A stretch of 64,000 bases of DNA, taken from positions 1 through 64,000 of IMG/VR virus record IMGVR_UViG_3300040801_004532; one strand, written 5' to 3'. The translations under genes were made by a program, and so were the position numbers. Below, in pieces: positions 49,222 to 57,319 of the stretch. Under the pieces are notes generated by a model. The model had not been told where the DNA came from, ran no database searches, and worked only from the letters and a program-made list of their open reading frames with translations. Positions within the stretch are counted from its first letter, which is position 1. Every line of letters begins with the position of its first letter.

Positions 49222-50043
49222 ATGACCGAACATGAAACGACAGCAATTACCAAGCAAGACGTGGAAAAGGTTGTGTCAGTGATTTCGATCAATGACGCAG
49301 AAAAAATCCTCGGAATCAAAAACGAGCCTCCGTACGACATCAAAAAGCTCCTCCATGAGTATCACATCGGTTTTGAAGTTCTCATGGAAAACCGCGAGTT
49401 CAAAAAGCTTCGCCCTTTGACGGATGCCAAGAATATCATTCTTCGGCACCTCATCGAGAACCAAGTCGAAGAGAACGGCCGGTTCGACATGGAAGGGGTT
49501 ATTCCGTTTGAAGATGCTTGCACGTCTTGCCACGGCACCGGGGAATTATATAAATTCTTCCGGCGAGTCGTCACCCTCGATTGCAAATTCTGCGAGGGCG
49601 AGGGTGAAGTTACTTTAGAGTGCCGGGCCTGCGGCGGATCCGGTCGCTATATACGAGAGTACGGCGACCTGAAGATCGATGTGGCTTGCAAAAAATGCGA
49701 CAAAGATCCCGAAACCGGCGACCCCCTTGGGGTTGTGACTTACAAATGCCGGCGGTGTCGGGGAAAAGGAACATTCCGGAAAACCGTGATTGACAGCAAG
49801 ATCAAATCCACGACCCATTGTAAGGTTTGCAAGGGCCGGGGGTTCATCGTTCCGGATGATCGGTTCCCTCCCCGAAGGGGTCAAACGATTCAAATTGCCA
49901 ACCCGGTCATCAAGGAAAGCGACCTTGAATCAATCGGAAGCGTCATCAAGGAAAGCAAGCCGGAAGCGGCCGAAATCTCCATCGAGGAAGACAACCTGGA
50001 ATCACTCGAAAGCGCCATCAAGGATTCCCCCGCAAGCGAATAA
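49222..50043 (+). CDS. Multi-CxxCxGxG (DnaJ central domain-like) zinc-finger protein without a J-domain
   Basis: Six CxxC units; AAGGAG SD; GC-richer. Confidence 0.7.
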   Translation: MTEHETTAITKQDVEKVVSVISINDAEKILGIKNEPPYDIKKLLHEYHIGFEVLMENREFKKLRPLTDAKNIILRHLIENQVEENGRFDMEGVIPFEDACTSCHGTGELYKFFRRVVTLDCKFCEGEGEVTLECRACGGSGRYIREYGDLKIDVACKKCDKDPETGDPLGVVTYKCRRCRGKGTFRKTVIDSKIKSTTHCKVCKGRGFIVPDDRFPPRRGQTIQIANPVIKESDLESIGSVIKESKPEAAEISIEEDNLESLESAIKDSPASE

Positions 50044-50091
50044 TTAATCTCTGGTGCCCAACCAGGCAATGAATGGAGGAGCATTTCAAAG

Positions 50092-50634
50092 CTATTGTAA
50101 CTCAATAGTCGAGAAATGCTCCTCCATTAGTTTTTTAACAGACATTTTTTCGCTTTTTATTTTTTTCTGTTTTTTTAACTTTTTCTTTTTTGGTTTCTCA
50201 ATTCCCAATGTATCGAAAACCATATCACGTTCATCTGACTTTTCAATTATATCACATAGTAAATATAAATCATCATTTTTCAAATAGGGAATTTTTTCCC
50301 TTAATTTTTCATATAAAATAACCCTTGGCTTTCTTGGATAAAATGTTATATCTCGCCTAGTTATCCGGAAATCACGAACACATCTTTTTATAAAATACAA
50401 TAACTCTTCTCTGCTTAAATATCTTAAATTAATATCATTAAAATATCTATCTAAATATTTATTCAACGGACCATTCTTTAAAAACATTGAAATAACAAAT
50501 GTGTGTGTAATCGGAGAATTATATTTTAAAATATCAGGAGTTATAACCTTACCATTCTCATCTGTTTTTTGTTTTGGTATCTTAGTTTCTCTTCTCCCGT
50601 CAAACAACCAGTTATTAAAAGTTTTGAATGGCAT
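50092..50634 (-). CDS. Hypothetical replication-region protein (possibly clamp-loader small subunit)
   Basis: 180 aa; functional guess from context only. Confidence 0.45.
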   Translation of the reverse strand: MPFKTFNNWLFDGRRETKIPKQKTDENGKVITPDILKYNSPITHTFVISMFLKNGPLNKYLDRYFNDINLRYLSREELLYFIKRCVRDFRITRRDITFYPRKPRVILYEKLREKIPYLKNDDLYLLCDIIEKSDERDMVFDTLGIEKPKKKKLKKQKKIKSEKMSVKKLMEEHFSTIELQ

Positions 50635-50636
50635 TA

Positions 50637-50909
50637 TTAATAATCCTTTAAAAATCTCAATAAAATTCCATCACGCAAACCTTTATTACCACAATTATGA
50701 TTAACTAAAAAAGTATCGTCTGATAAATCAACTTTGATCTTTATATTGTATATATCTAATTTGTTAGGTTCACTATTATCTTCTCCGGCTCCAATCTGAC
50801 TTCTTAAAAAATTTTCAACAATATTTGGGACTGCCTCTTTTTTCATATTTGTTGAAATATCAAAACTATCTTTGTTAATATCATATTTCAACTCAACAAA
50901 CAAATTCAT
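50637..50909 (-). CDS. Hypothetical protein
   Basis: 90 aa; start overlaps the glycosyltransferase stop. Confidence 0.55.
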   Translation of the reverse strand: MNLFVELKYDINKDSFDISTNMKKEAVPNIVENFLRSQIGAGEDNSEPNKLDIYNIKIKVDLSDDTFLVNHNCGNKGLRDGILLRFLKDY

Positions 50910-51904
50910 TAAATTGCCCCTTTCATTTCATTACAAATCACATCATAGAATTTATTCATTTGTTCCTCACATAACAGTTTTGGAACATCAACCTTTGGCA
51001 CCCAATCAACATTTGCATTTAGAATATAATCTATTTTTCTCATTAGTTCTCCGGAGGAGTTATACAAGTATTCATCAGGCAGTAGTTCTGGATATGCTAA
51101 ATCTCTCCTAGCCAAAGGGATACAATTATTCATTACAGCATCAACAATTTGATAACCAAATGTATCCTCATGAGCTGTAATCAATAATATTTTTGACGAT
51201 CTCAAATTATAAAAATAATCATACCATGTATATGAAATAGGTCTTTTAATTTCACAGAAAGTATCCTCAACCAATTTCTCAAGAGATTCATCAATCTTCT
51301 GTGGGTTTGATCTTGAGGCTGACATAATTTCAATTGTTTTTTCTATTTCAGGAAAATCAAATTCTAGTGGGGGAAATGGTAAATAAGATACCATTATATT
51401 CCTCCAGTGTGCATCATTTCCAAAGACACTATGGCCACCAACTCTTAGTTTATTTTTATGATAACAACTTCCAACAAAAATCTTATCAAACATTCTACAT
51501 ATGCTTGATTCAATTGGAAATTTATCAGACCTAACTTTTCCATAATAATCTAAAACATTCAATGATGTTGCATGACAAAAAGCATACATTTTCTTTGGGC
51601 GTTTGTGAAATAAAACATGACCAAAAATTCCTGGAAAGCTAATATCCGCCCAAAATAAAATATCATCATCCTTCAAATCTAAATTCATATACTCGTTGAT
51701 TTGAGCTGTTTCAAGTTCAATGGCTTGATTTATTGGAGAGAACATATCTAATCCGCTTCGTCTATGAACCATCTCCTTAATTTTATCTCTCCCAAGAGTT
51801 AGTACCTCAAACCCTCGTTTTTCAAATTCTTCTGGCAGTTTCCAGAACCACCATTCAGAATATCTTAAAGCTGATGGAAATTGTGGTACAAAGATTATTC
51901 TCAC
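50909..51904 (-). CDS. GT-B (GT4-like) glycosyltransferase
   Basis: C-terminal TAHEDTFGYQIVDAV...CIPL....LAYPE...EYLY donor-binding region. Confidence 0.75.
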   Translation of the reverse strand: MRIIFVPQFPSALRYSEWWFWKLPEEFEKRGFEVLTLGRDKIKEMVHRRSGLDMFSPINQAIELETAQINEYMNLDLKDDDILFWADISFPGIFGHVLFHKRPKKMYAFCHATSLNVLDYYGKVRSDKFPIESSICRMFDKIFVGSCYHKNKLRVGGHSVFGNDAHWRNIMVSYLPFPPLEFDFPEIEKTIEIMSASRSNPQKIDESLEKLVEDTFCEIKRPISYTWYDYFYNLRSSKILLITAHEDTFGYQIVDAVMNNCIPLARRDLAYPELLPDEYLYNSSGELMRKIDYILNANVDWVPKVDVPKLLCEEQMNKFYDVICNEMKGAI

Positions 51905-52107
51905 TTTCCCTTCCTTTCATTGATTAAATCTGGAATAGGTAAAGGCTTTCTATATTCACAATATAAACAAAGGTCTTGCATATTTACCACTTTTTCAGCA
52001 TTACACTTACCTTTAAAAGTACACCAATCATCCCTTGTTATCTGAAGTGAAACCCAACCTCCTAACCTTTTTACAGACCCCCCTGTACAAGTTGGACCAT
52101 TCGACAT
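51901..52107 (-). CDS. Small Cys-rich protein
   Basis: 68 aa, GGAGG SD. Confidence 0.5.
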   Translation of the reverse strand: MSNGPTCTGGSVKRLGGWVSLQITRDDWCTFKGKCNAEKVVNMQDLCLYCEYRKPLPIPDLINERKGK

Positions 52108-52339
52108 TTGAAAAACCTCCTACCCATTTAGAATAATTATATAGATTAAATAAAATTAAAACTGCCATTTGAATTAAGAGGAACCAATGAGTTTTTTGAT
52201 AAAAAATATATGCTTGGCACAAAAGACTAATATTAAACACCATGAAACCAGCAGGGCGCTTCTCTCCAATGAGATAAAGTCCAATTAATGTTGTGATAAG
52301 GGAAACTATTTCTAACCACCTTAGAAGATCCATTTGCAA
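52028..52339 (-). CDS. Small membrane protein, PnuC-like half transporter
   Basis: Three hydrophobic segments; G.YL...K...GF...Q......N.Y....W pattern. Confidence 0.5.
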   Translation of the reverse strand: MQMDLLRWLEIVSLITTLIGLYLIGEKRPAGFMVFNISLLCQAYIFYQKTHWFLLIQMAVLILFNLYNYSKWVGGFSNVEWSNLYRGVCKKVRRLGFTSDNKG

Positions 52340-52791
52340 TATCCTTCATAAAGTATATATTTCTTTTCATATTTCCAAAGGGATTTTTGACTGGGGTAAA
52401 TTTTATTGAGATAGTCTTCTTTTACTGTTGGGAAAGCTACCTTATGAACATAATGAGCAATCATATTAACCGAGTAAAAAATCACATCTTCTTTTGAGCG
52501 TCTGGCCAATGATTCTCCAATCGCTCCAAACTCTCTATGATCCGGTTGATATTCATAAACAGGATCTGGAAAATAAAAGGTATTGTTTTGACCTAGAAAT
52601 CGGTCTGGAATTTTGTCTTCAAAAATAGTGGTTACTTGAAAATTTTTGGCTAGATTTTCTGTTTCTCTTCTTCTTTCATCTGAAGTACTCTTTGGATAAA
52701 TAACAACAGTTGATCTACTTGAAGTTAAAACCTCAAAACAGCCAATTAATTCATCATCTGGATGTGGTGCAACAATGACAATTTCGCTCAT
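52321..52791 (-). CDS. PIG-L/LmbE-family N-acetyl-sugar deacetylase
   Basis: VAPHPDDE..G, R..E, PDH, Y.SQ. Confidence 0.8.
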   Translation of the reverse strand: MSEIVIVAPHPDDELIGCFEVLTSSRSTVVIYPKSTSDERRRETENLAKNFQVTTIFEDKIPDRFLGQNNTFYFPDPVYEYQPDHREFGAIGESLARRSKEDVIFYSVNMIAHYVHKVAFPTVKEDYLNKIYPSQKSLWKYEKKYILYEGYCKWIF

Positions 52792-52858
52792 ATAAATCTC
52801 CTTTCAATTATTTGTTACTCATTATTAAAAAAAGATCTCTCTCTATACATTCTCATAT

Positions 52859-52891
52859 TTTTATGTTCTAACTATATATATTAATAACTGA
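52859..52891. promoter_or_regulatory. Back-to-back late-type (minus) and early-type (plus) promoter motifs
   Basis: TTTTATGTTCTAA immediately followed by CTATATATATTAATAACTGA. Confidence 0.55.
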
Positions 52892-52907
52892 TACAGGACA
52901 TTTGGTT

Positions 52908-53260
52908 TGGATAGAAGGGGTTTTCCGGTTTGTAAGGATAGCGCAATCGGATCTTCGGTCTCCTGGTATGGCGGTGCAAAAACGGCGCCGGCACCGGCCC
53001 TACTTCGGATTCTCGAGAAGCGCAATAAGAAATCTCATGAAGCATAGAATATTGTGCTTCGGAGTAAGGACCACAGTTCCTTGGTATTCCGGAAACCAAA
53101 ACTGTAGATGGTATGCTGTGACCTACTCTTCGCCCTCCTGCCGTGTACACAGGCTACATCCCCGGCCTTGCGGATGACTGCCCACGGCCATTCTGGCGGA
53201 CCGTTTTTCACACCGCCGGCGGCGAGATCAAAGGAACAGAATCCATCCCCCTTCTTTCCA
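52908..53260 (+). ncRNA. Unassigned ~350-nt structured RNA
   Basis: Terminal stem TGGATAGAAGGGG/CCCCTTCTTTCCA, long nested stems, GC-rich, downstream of the promoter motif. Confidence 0.7.
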
Positions 53261-53285
53261 TTAACTATTCAAACGGAGGTATAAA

Positions 53286-53459
53286 ATGACCTTAAAAATA
53301 TGTTCCATTTGCAATGAACCGTTTGAAAGTAAAAGTAAGAAACCTTATAAGATATGTAAAAACTGTTGTATAACAAAGGTTGAAAATGGAAACGTAAAGA
53401 ATGCATTAGAAAAACACAAAAAGGTCATTGAGAATTTAAGTTTAAAAACAACTAACTAG
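53286..53459 (+). CDS. Small zinc-finger protein
   Basis: 57 aa MTLKICSIC...ICKNC; GGAGGT SD; below the ORF-track size cutoff. Confidence 0.55.
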   Translation: MTLKICSICNEPFESKSKKPYKICKNCCITKVENGNVKNALEKHKKVIENLSLKTTN

Positions 53460-53470
53460 AGGGGGATCAA

Positions 53471-53776
53471 GTGAGTTTGATAAATCCATTTTCTGAAATG
53501 AGCAGAGAGGAAATTATCACCGGCCAAATATTCTTTCGGGAGAAAGCACTAGCAAAAAAATTAGATTTGACAAACAGAAAGATCTTCCTTATCACAGGGA
53601 TTATTGCGATTCCTCCTTTCTTTCCATTCAAGAGCGAGCATATGTATGATTGTGGAGGGATGAATACTTCATCTGAAACCTTATTATCAATTAATCATTT
53701 AGGCAAAGATATACGAGATCTTTCTTTGGGAAGTACCCCTGATCAGTTAATTACAAAACCAATATGGAGAATTTGA
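53471..53776 (+). CDS. Hypothetical protein
   Basis: 101 aa with SD. Confidence 0.5.
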   Translation: MSLINPFSEMSREEIITGQIFFREKALAKKLDLTNRKIFLITGIIAIPPFFPFKSEHMYDCGGMNTSSETLLSINHLGKDIRDLSLGSTPDQLITKPIWRI

Positions 53777-53841
53777 GTTTAAAACTCATTAGTTTCATTT
53801 TTATTTTTTAGAACAAAATAGAGAATCATACTTCAAATTAT

Positions 53842-53918
53842 CGGGGCGTGGCGCAGCCTGGTAGCGCGCCTGCTTTGGGAGCAGGAAGCCGGAGGTTCAA
53901 ATCCTCTCGCCCCGACCA
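53842..53918 (+). tRNA. tRNA-Pro(UGG)
   Basis: Cloverleaf; CCTGC-TTTGGGA-GCAGG; CCA end. Confidence 0.95.
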
Positions 53919-53957
53919 CCCAATTTTAATTTTAAAAAACATAAAGGTCGAATAGTT

Positions 53958-54203
53958 ATGGTGAGGGTCATCCATAGGAATTGCAACAAACCAGCTTTTT
54001 ATTTTAAAAGCCGATTGGATATTGGGGATATTATATATGCCTCAAATATAATTTTCCTGGATGGATCAACTCCAGAACCGGACACCCCTATGATTTGTGG
54101 TTCATGCAACCAAATGATTTTATCAGGCGAATTAGAACAAGAAGGTTGGACCGACTGGTTTATGGTCGAAGAATTTCACACATTTGAAAACAAGAAAGGA
54201 TGA
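53958..54203 (+). CDS. Hypothetical protein
   Basis: 81 aa with HxxC/CxxC. Confidence 0.55.
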   Translation: MVRVIHRNCNKPAFYFKSRLDIGDIIYASNIIFLDGSTPEPDTPMICGSCNQMILSGELEQEGWTDWFMVEEFHTFENKKG

Positions 54204-54207
54204 GAAA

Positions 54208-54474
54208 ATGTCGTTGTTTGCAAAGAAGAAAATGACCCATGCTGAAATCGTTGCTCCATTAAAAACCATGGCTGAAACTCTATCAAGCTATATAAAAGAT
54301 CAAGCAGAAACCATTGGGGAATTGAATGTAAAAAAGAGAGAGATCGACAATCAGATTGAATTTTCAAATGAAGAAATTGAAAAATCAAACCATACAGTTG
54401 AGCAGATTAAGAAAATGGTTAACCTTCCCAAAATCAAGAAAATGCCGGCTGATTCGGTTCCTTCGGATGAATAA
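54208..54474 (+). CDS. Coiled-coil hypothetical protein
   Basis: ORF from ATG 54208. Confidence 0.55.
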   Translation: MSLFAKKKMTHAEIVAPLKTMAETLSSYIKDQAETIGELNVKKREIDNQIEFSNEEIEKSNHTVEQIKKMVNLPKIKKMPADSVPSDE

Positions 54475-54501
54475 CAATATGCCTGCGTGGCGATTAAATT
54501 C

Positions 54502-54558
54502 TTATATTCGAACCCTAAATTATTTTAGAACAAAAAAATAAAAGGGGTTCGACTATAA
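54502..54558 (+). promoter_or_regulatory. RBS-sequestering hairpin with late promoter motif in its loop
   Basis: TTATA-T-TCGAACCCT pairs with GGGGTTCGA-C-TATAA; loop contains TTTAGAACAAAA. Confidence 0.65.
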
Positions 54559-55328
54559 TGATTTGTGAATATTGTAAAAATAAACACGATGGATCATATG
54601 GATCGGGGAGATTTTGTTCTTCAAAATGTGCCAGGGGGTTTTCTACATCAAAGAAAAGAAAAGACATTAACAAAAAAGTGTCGGAAACTCTTAAAGGATA
54701 TAAAACAATTCCTGGCGGAAAAGTTAAATTATGCGATTATGGTTGTTGTAAAGAAGCAAAATTTCAATTGAAAAACAAAAAATGGTGTTGCTCAGAAAGC
54801 CATAATAAATGCTCAGCTGTTAGAAAGAAAAATTCTAAAGGTTTGACAAAATCGCATAAAAATGGGCGTCCTGCTTTTCCAGAAGGAGCTTATTTAAAGG
54901 GGCATGAGTCATTCAAAAAAAATCTTAAAGAAAAATATAAAAAGTTAAATTTTATTGATAAACCTATAGCAGAAAAACGAAAAATTATATTAAAGGATCA
55001 AAACAATAAATGTGCCATTTGTAATATTGAACAAGAATGGAATGATAAACCTTTAATTTTCCATCTTGATCATATAGATGGCAACAGAAAAAATTGGAGT
55101 AGAGATAATCTAAGATTTATCTGTCCCAACTGTCATAGCCAAACAGAAACATATTGTAGGGGAGGTAATAAGAACATATCAAATAAGCAGCTTAAAAAAT
55201 TACTAATAGAAACAAACTTTAATTTTACAAAAACTTTAGAATTAGCAAACTTATTTCCTGGTGGTTATAACTGGAACCGTGTTAAAAAAATAGCAAGTAA
55301 AATGTGCCAGGGTGATGGAATTTGGTAG
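54558..55328 (+). CDS. HNH homing endonuclease
   Basis: MICEYC...GSGRFCS..CA N-terminus; CAIC...HLDHIDG...N...NLRFICPNCHSQT. Confidence 0.9.
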   Translation: MICEYCKNKHDGSYGSGRFCSSKCARGFSTSKKRKDINKKVSETLKGYKTIPGGKVKLCDYGCCKEAKFQLKNKKWCCSESHNKCSAVRKKNSKGLTKSHKNGRPAFPEGAYLKGHESFKKNLKEKYKKLNFIDKPIAEKRKIILKDQNNKCAICNIEQEWNDKPLIFHLDHIDGNRKNWSRDNLRFICPNCHSQTETYCRGGNKNISNKQLKKLLIETNFNFTKTLELANLFPGGYNWNRVKKIASKMCQGDGIW

Positions 55329-55392
55329 ACATGTATGTTTTAGAAGCATATGCCGTAATGGCGTGGGAGTTCAAGTCTCCCTCCTGGCACCA
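55306..55392 (+). tRNA. tRNA-Leu(UAG)
   Basis: Long variable arm; TAG anticodon; CCA; overlaps the HNH 3' end. Confidence 0.9.
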
Positions 55393-55416
55393 AATCAAAT
55401 GAAAGTGAAAACAAAA

Positions 55417-55872
55417 ATGAGCGATCATTTCCTTGAAGCGAGAATTCCATGTTATAAATGCCTTGTTATTTCAGCATGTAAAGAATTTAGTTGTCTTGAT
55501 GAATACCAAAAGGAAGCATTGAAAAATAATTATAGACAAATATGCCTAATGATTCCACAACCTGATTCACAAAATAAAAACTATAAGAAAAGTCTTTTAG
55601 AATGTTGGGCGAATTTAGGACATAGAATTTCTTCAAGTGTACAAAATAGTGAATCAGGCGATGTCAAGGAAGGAGATAGTGTTAAAATAAATCCTTCTTT
55701 ATCTTTTCTTATAAATGATCTATCTGCATTAACACAATGGATTATAAACTCCTCTAGTTGGAGAGAATCAGAATTCTACGAATTTGATCGTTTTGAAATA
55801 TCAAGGCGATTGGAAATTCTATTAAGAATTGTAAATTCAAGCCCGAGTAGCTCAGCTGGCCAGAGCGACTGA
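55417..55872 (+). CDS. PCxxCLxxxxC family protein
   Basis: IPCYKCLVISAC; 3' end runs into tRNA-Thr. Confidence 0.55.
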   Translation: MSDHFLEARIPCYKCLVISACKEFSCLDEYQKEALKNNYRQICLMIPQPDSQNKNYKKSLLECWANLGHRISSSVQNSESGDVKEGDSVKINPSLSFLINDLSALTQWIINSSSWRESEFYEFDRFEISRRLEILLRIVNSSPSSSAGQSD

Positions 55873-55917
55873 TTTGTAATCAGTAAGTCGGGGGTTCGAC
55901 TCCCTCCTCGGGCTCCA
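55841..55917 (+). tRNA. tRNA-Thr(UGU)
   Basis: ACTGA-TTTGTAA-TCAGT; CCA. Confidence 0.95.
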
Positions 55918-56116
55918 AAAAAAAGAAAGGATTGAATTATGAATCCAGATGGGTATCATTTGGCATCAACTATATTCCTTCTGGTAAATGGGATTTGGTG
56001 GGGTAAAAATACTCCAATAAATCTTTTAATAAAAACTATATTCTGGAGTCTTGGTATATGGGGGGTAATTATTTGCCTTATTGATTTTGGATTGCTAACT
56101 CCTTAATTTAGATAAA

Positions 56117-56193
56117 GCCCCCGTAGCTCAGCGGAATAGAGCATCTGACTTCTAATCAGAGGGTCGCAGGTTCGAATCCTGCCGGGGGTACCA
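56117..56193 (+). tRNA. tRNA-Arg(UCU)
   Basis: TCTGA-CTTCTAA-TCAGA; CCA. Confidence 0.95.
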
Positions 56194-56206
56194 CCAAAAC
56201 AAGGAA

Positions 56207-56509
56207 TTGCTAATGCTTGGAATGAGAGAAGAAATTTCAGAAATGATAGAAAATATCACATGTATAATCATAGGGCCACTTATTGTATTTATAGTTTTAG
56301 CAATAACCTCTATTGCTTTTATATTTTATAAAAATCCTTGTAACAAATGTATATTAAAAGTAAGGTGCTCAGAAGTATGTCATCAATCTAAAAAGTGGGA
56401 TTCAGCTCATGACATTTTTAACGACGCTAAAGAAATGCCAATATTGGCGGCAGCGGGTGCCTGTTATATTTTAGCAGTTGGAATAGCATTATATAATCTA
56501 CTCGTATAA
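56207..56509 (+). CDS. Membrane protein of the PCxxC(I/L)xxxxC family
   Basis: TM-NPCNKCILKVRCSEVC-TM. Confidence 0.55.
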   Translation: MLMLGMREEISEMIENITCIIIGPLIVFIVLAITSIAFIFYKNPCNKCILKVRCSEVCHQSKKWDSAHDIFNDAKEMPILAAAGACYILAVGIALYNLLV

Positions 56510-56540
56510 TTTGGTTAACCTGAAACAAGGCAGGAATTAA

Positions 56541-56798
56541 ATGGGAATTGAAAATCTTGAAGAGTTCAGAATAATTAAAGAAATTATCAGAAGGGACGGG
56601 GTCGGGATTCCTGATAGAAATGGATGGAAACCAAAAAGAGGTATGATAGTTGAGTTAAAAGACGGAAGACATGAAGTCTTTCGAACTACAGTTAAATCGT
56701 CTCTTGAGGAAACTATTATTCCACTCCTACCGCAAATCGAAAGAATAACATTCATTCTAGATGATGAAGAATATGAATTGGCTATATGTGATTGGTGA
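56541..56798 (+). CDS. Hypothetical protein
   Basis: 85 aa. Confidence 0.5.
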   Translation: MGIENLEEFRIIKEIIRRDGVGIPDRNGWKPKRGMIVELKDGRHEVFRTTVKSSLEETIIPLLPQIERITFILDDEEYELAICDW

Positions 56799-57063
56799 AA
56801 ACGCTGCTTATGTTTATACACAAATTATATGGTTGCTTGTACGACTATGGGTATATATAACAGTAAAAGATCCATGTAAAAATTGTTTAATTAAATCATG
56901 CTGTACAGAAAAATGTGAAGAAAAAATTCAAATATTAAATTTCATATATCCTGAAGAAAAAGAAGGCGATGCAAAATTTATCGGGGTGCTTTGTCTATTT
57001 GCATTGGTCGTTCCTTCTTTTCTTTTGATATACTTTACAATTATGATAATTGCAGACCTGTAG
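56761..57063 (+). CDS. Membrane protein of the PCxxCLxxxxC family
   Basis: TM-DPCKNCLIKSCCTEKC-TM. Confidence 0.55.
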   Translation: MMKNMNWLYVIGENAAYVYTQIIWLLVRLWVYITVKDPCKNCLIKSCCTEKCEEKIQILNFIYPEEKEGDAKFIGVLCLFALVVPSFLLIYFTIMIIADL

Positions 57064-57127
57064 CCAAGCGGTAAGGCACGAGGTTTTGGTCCTCGCATCC
57101 CAGGTTCGAATCCTGGCAGGTCTGCCA
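57054..57127 (+). tRNA. tRNA-Gln(UUG)
   Basis: CGAGG-TTTTGGT-CCTCG; CCA. Confidence 0.93.
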
Positions 57128-57144
57128 ACTCGAAAGGAAAATAA

Positions 57145-57309
57145 ATGAAAGAAATTCAATTTCATCAAGTCAAAATTGATTTCTATTGTGATCGTTGTGA
57201 AGCAAGGGAAAAGGGTGTAAGCGTTCAGGAATGTATTTTCAATGGTCCGCCCATGTGTCAAAAATGTGACGAAGAAATGTCACCGGTCAAAATCTTTCTC
57301 GACAAGTGA
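57145..57309 (+). CDS. Small zinc-ribbon protein
   Basis: 54 aa with CDRC...CQKC; AAGGA SD. Confidence 0.5.
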   Translation: MKEIQFHQVKIDFYCDRCEAREKGVSVQECIFNGPPMCQKCDEEMSPVKIFLDK

Positions 57310-57319
57310 AAGGAACGTC

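Noticed and set aside
52881-53177. ORFs 52902-53177 (+) and 52881-53150 (-)
   Set aside because: No SD and atypical composition; long-range base pairing explains the region better
52908-53260. tmRNA, RNase P or SRP identity
   Set aside because: No tRNA-like ends with CCA, no GAGGAAAGUCC, and no SRP domain IV motif recognised
54481-54493. GCCTGCGTGGCGA as a 5' remnant of a tRNA split by the HNH insertion
   Set aside because: Only 13 nt, and it does not pair with the 3' acceptor strand of the downstream tRNA-Leu; cannot be supported without relatives
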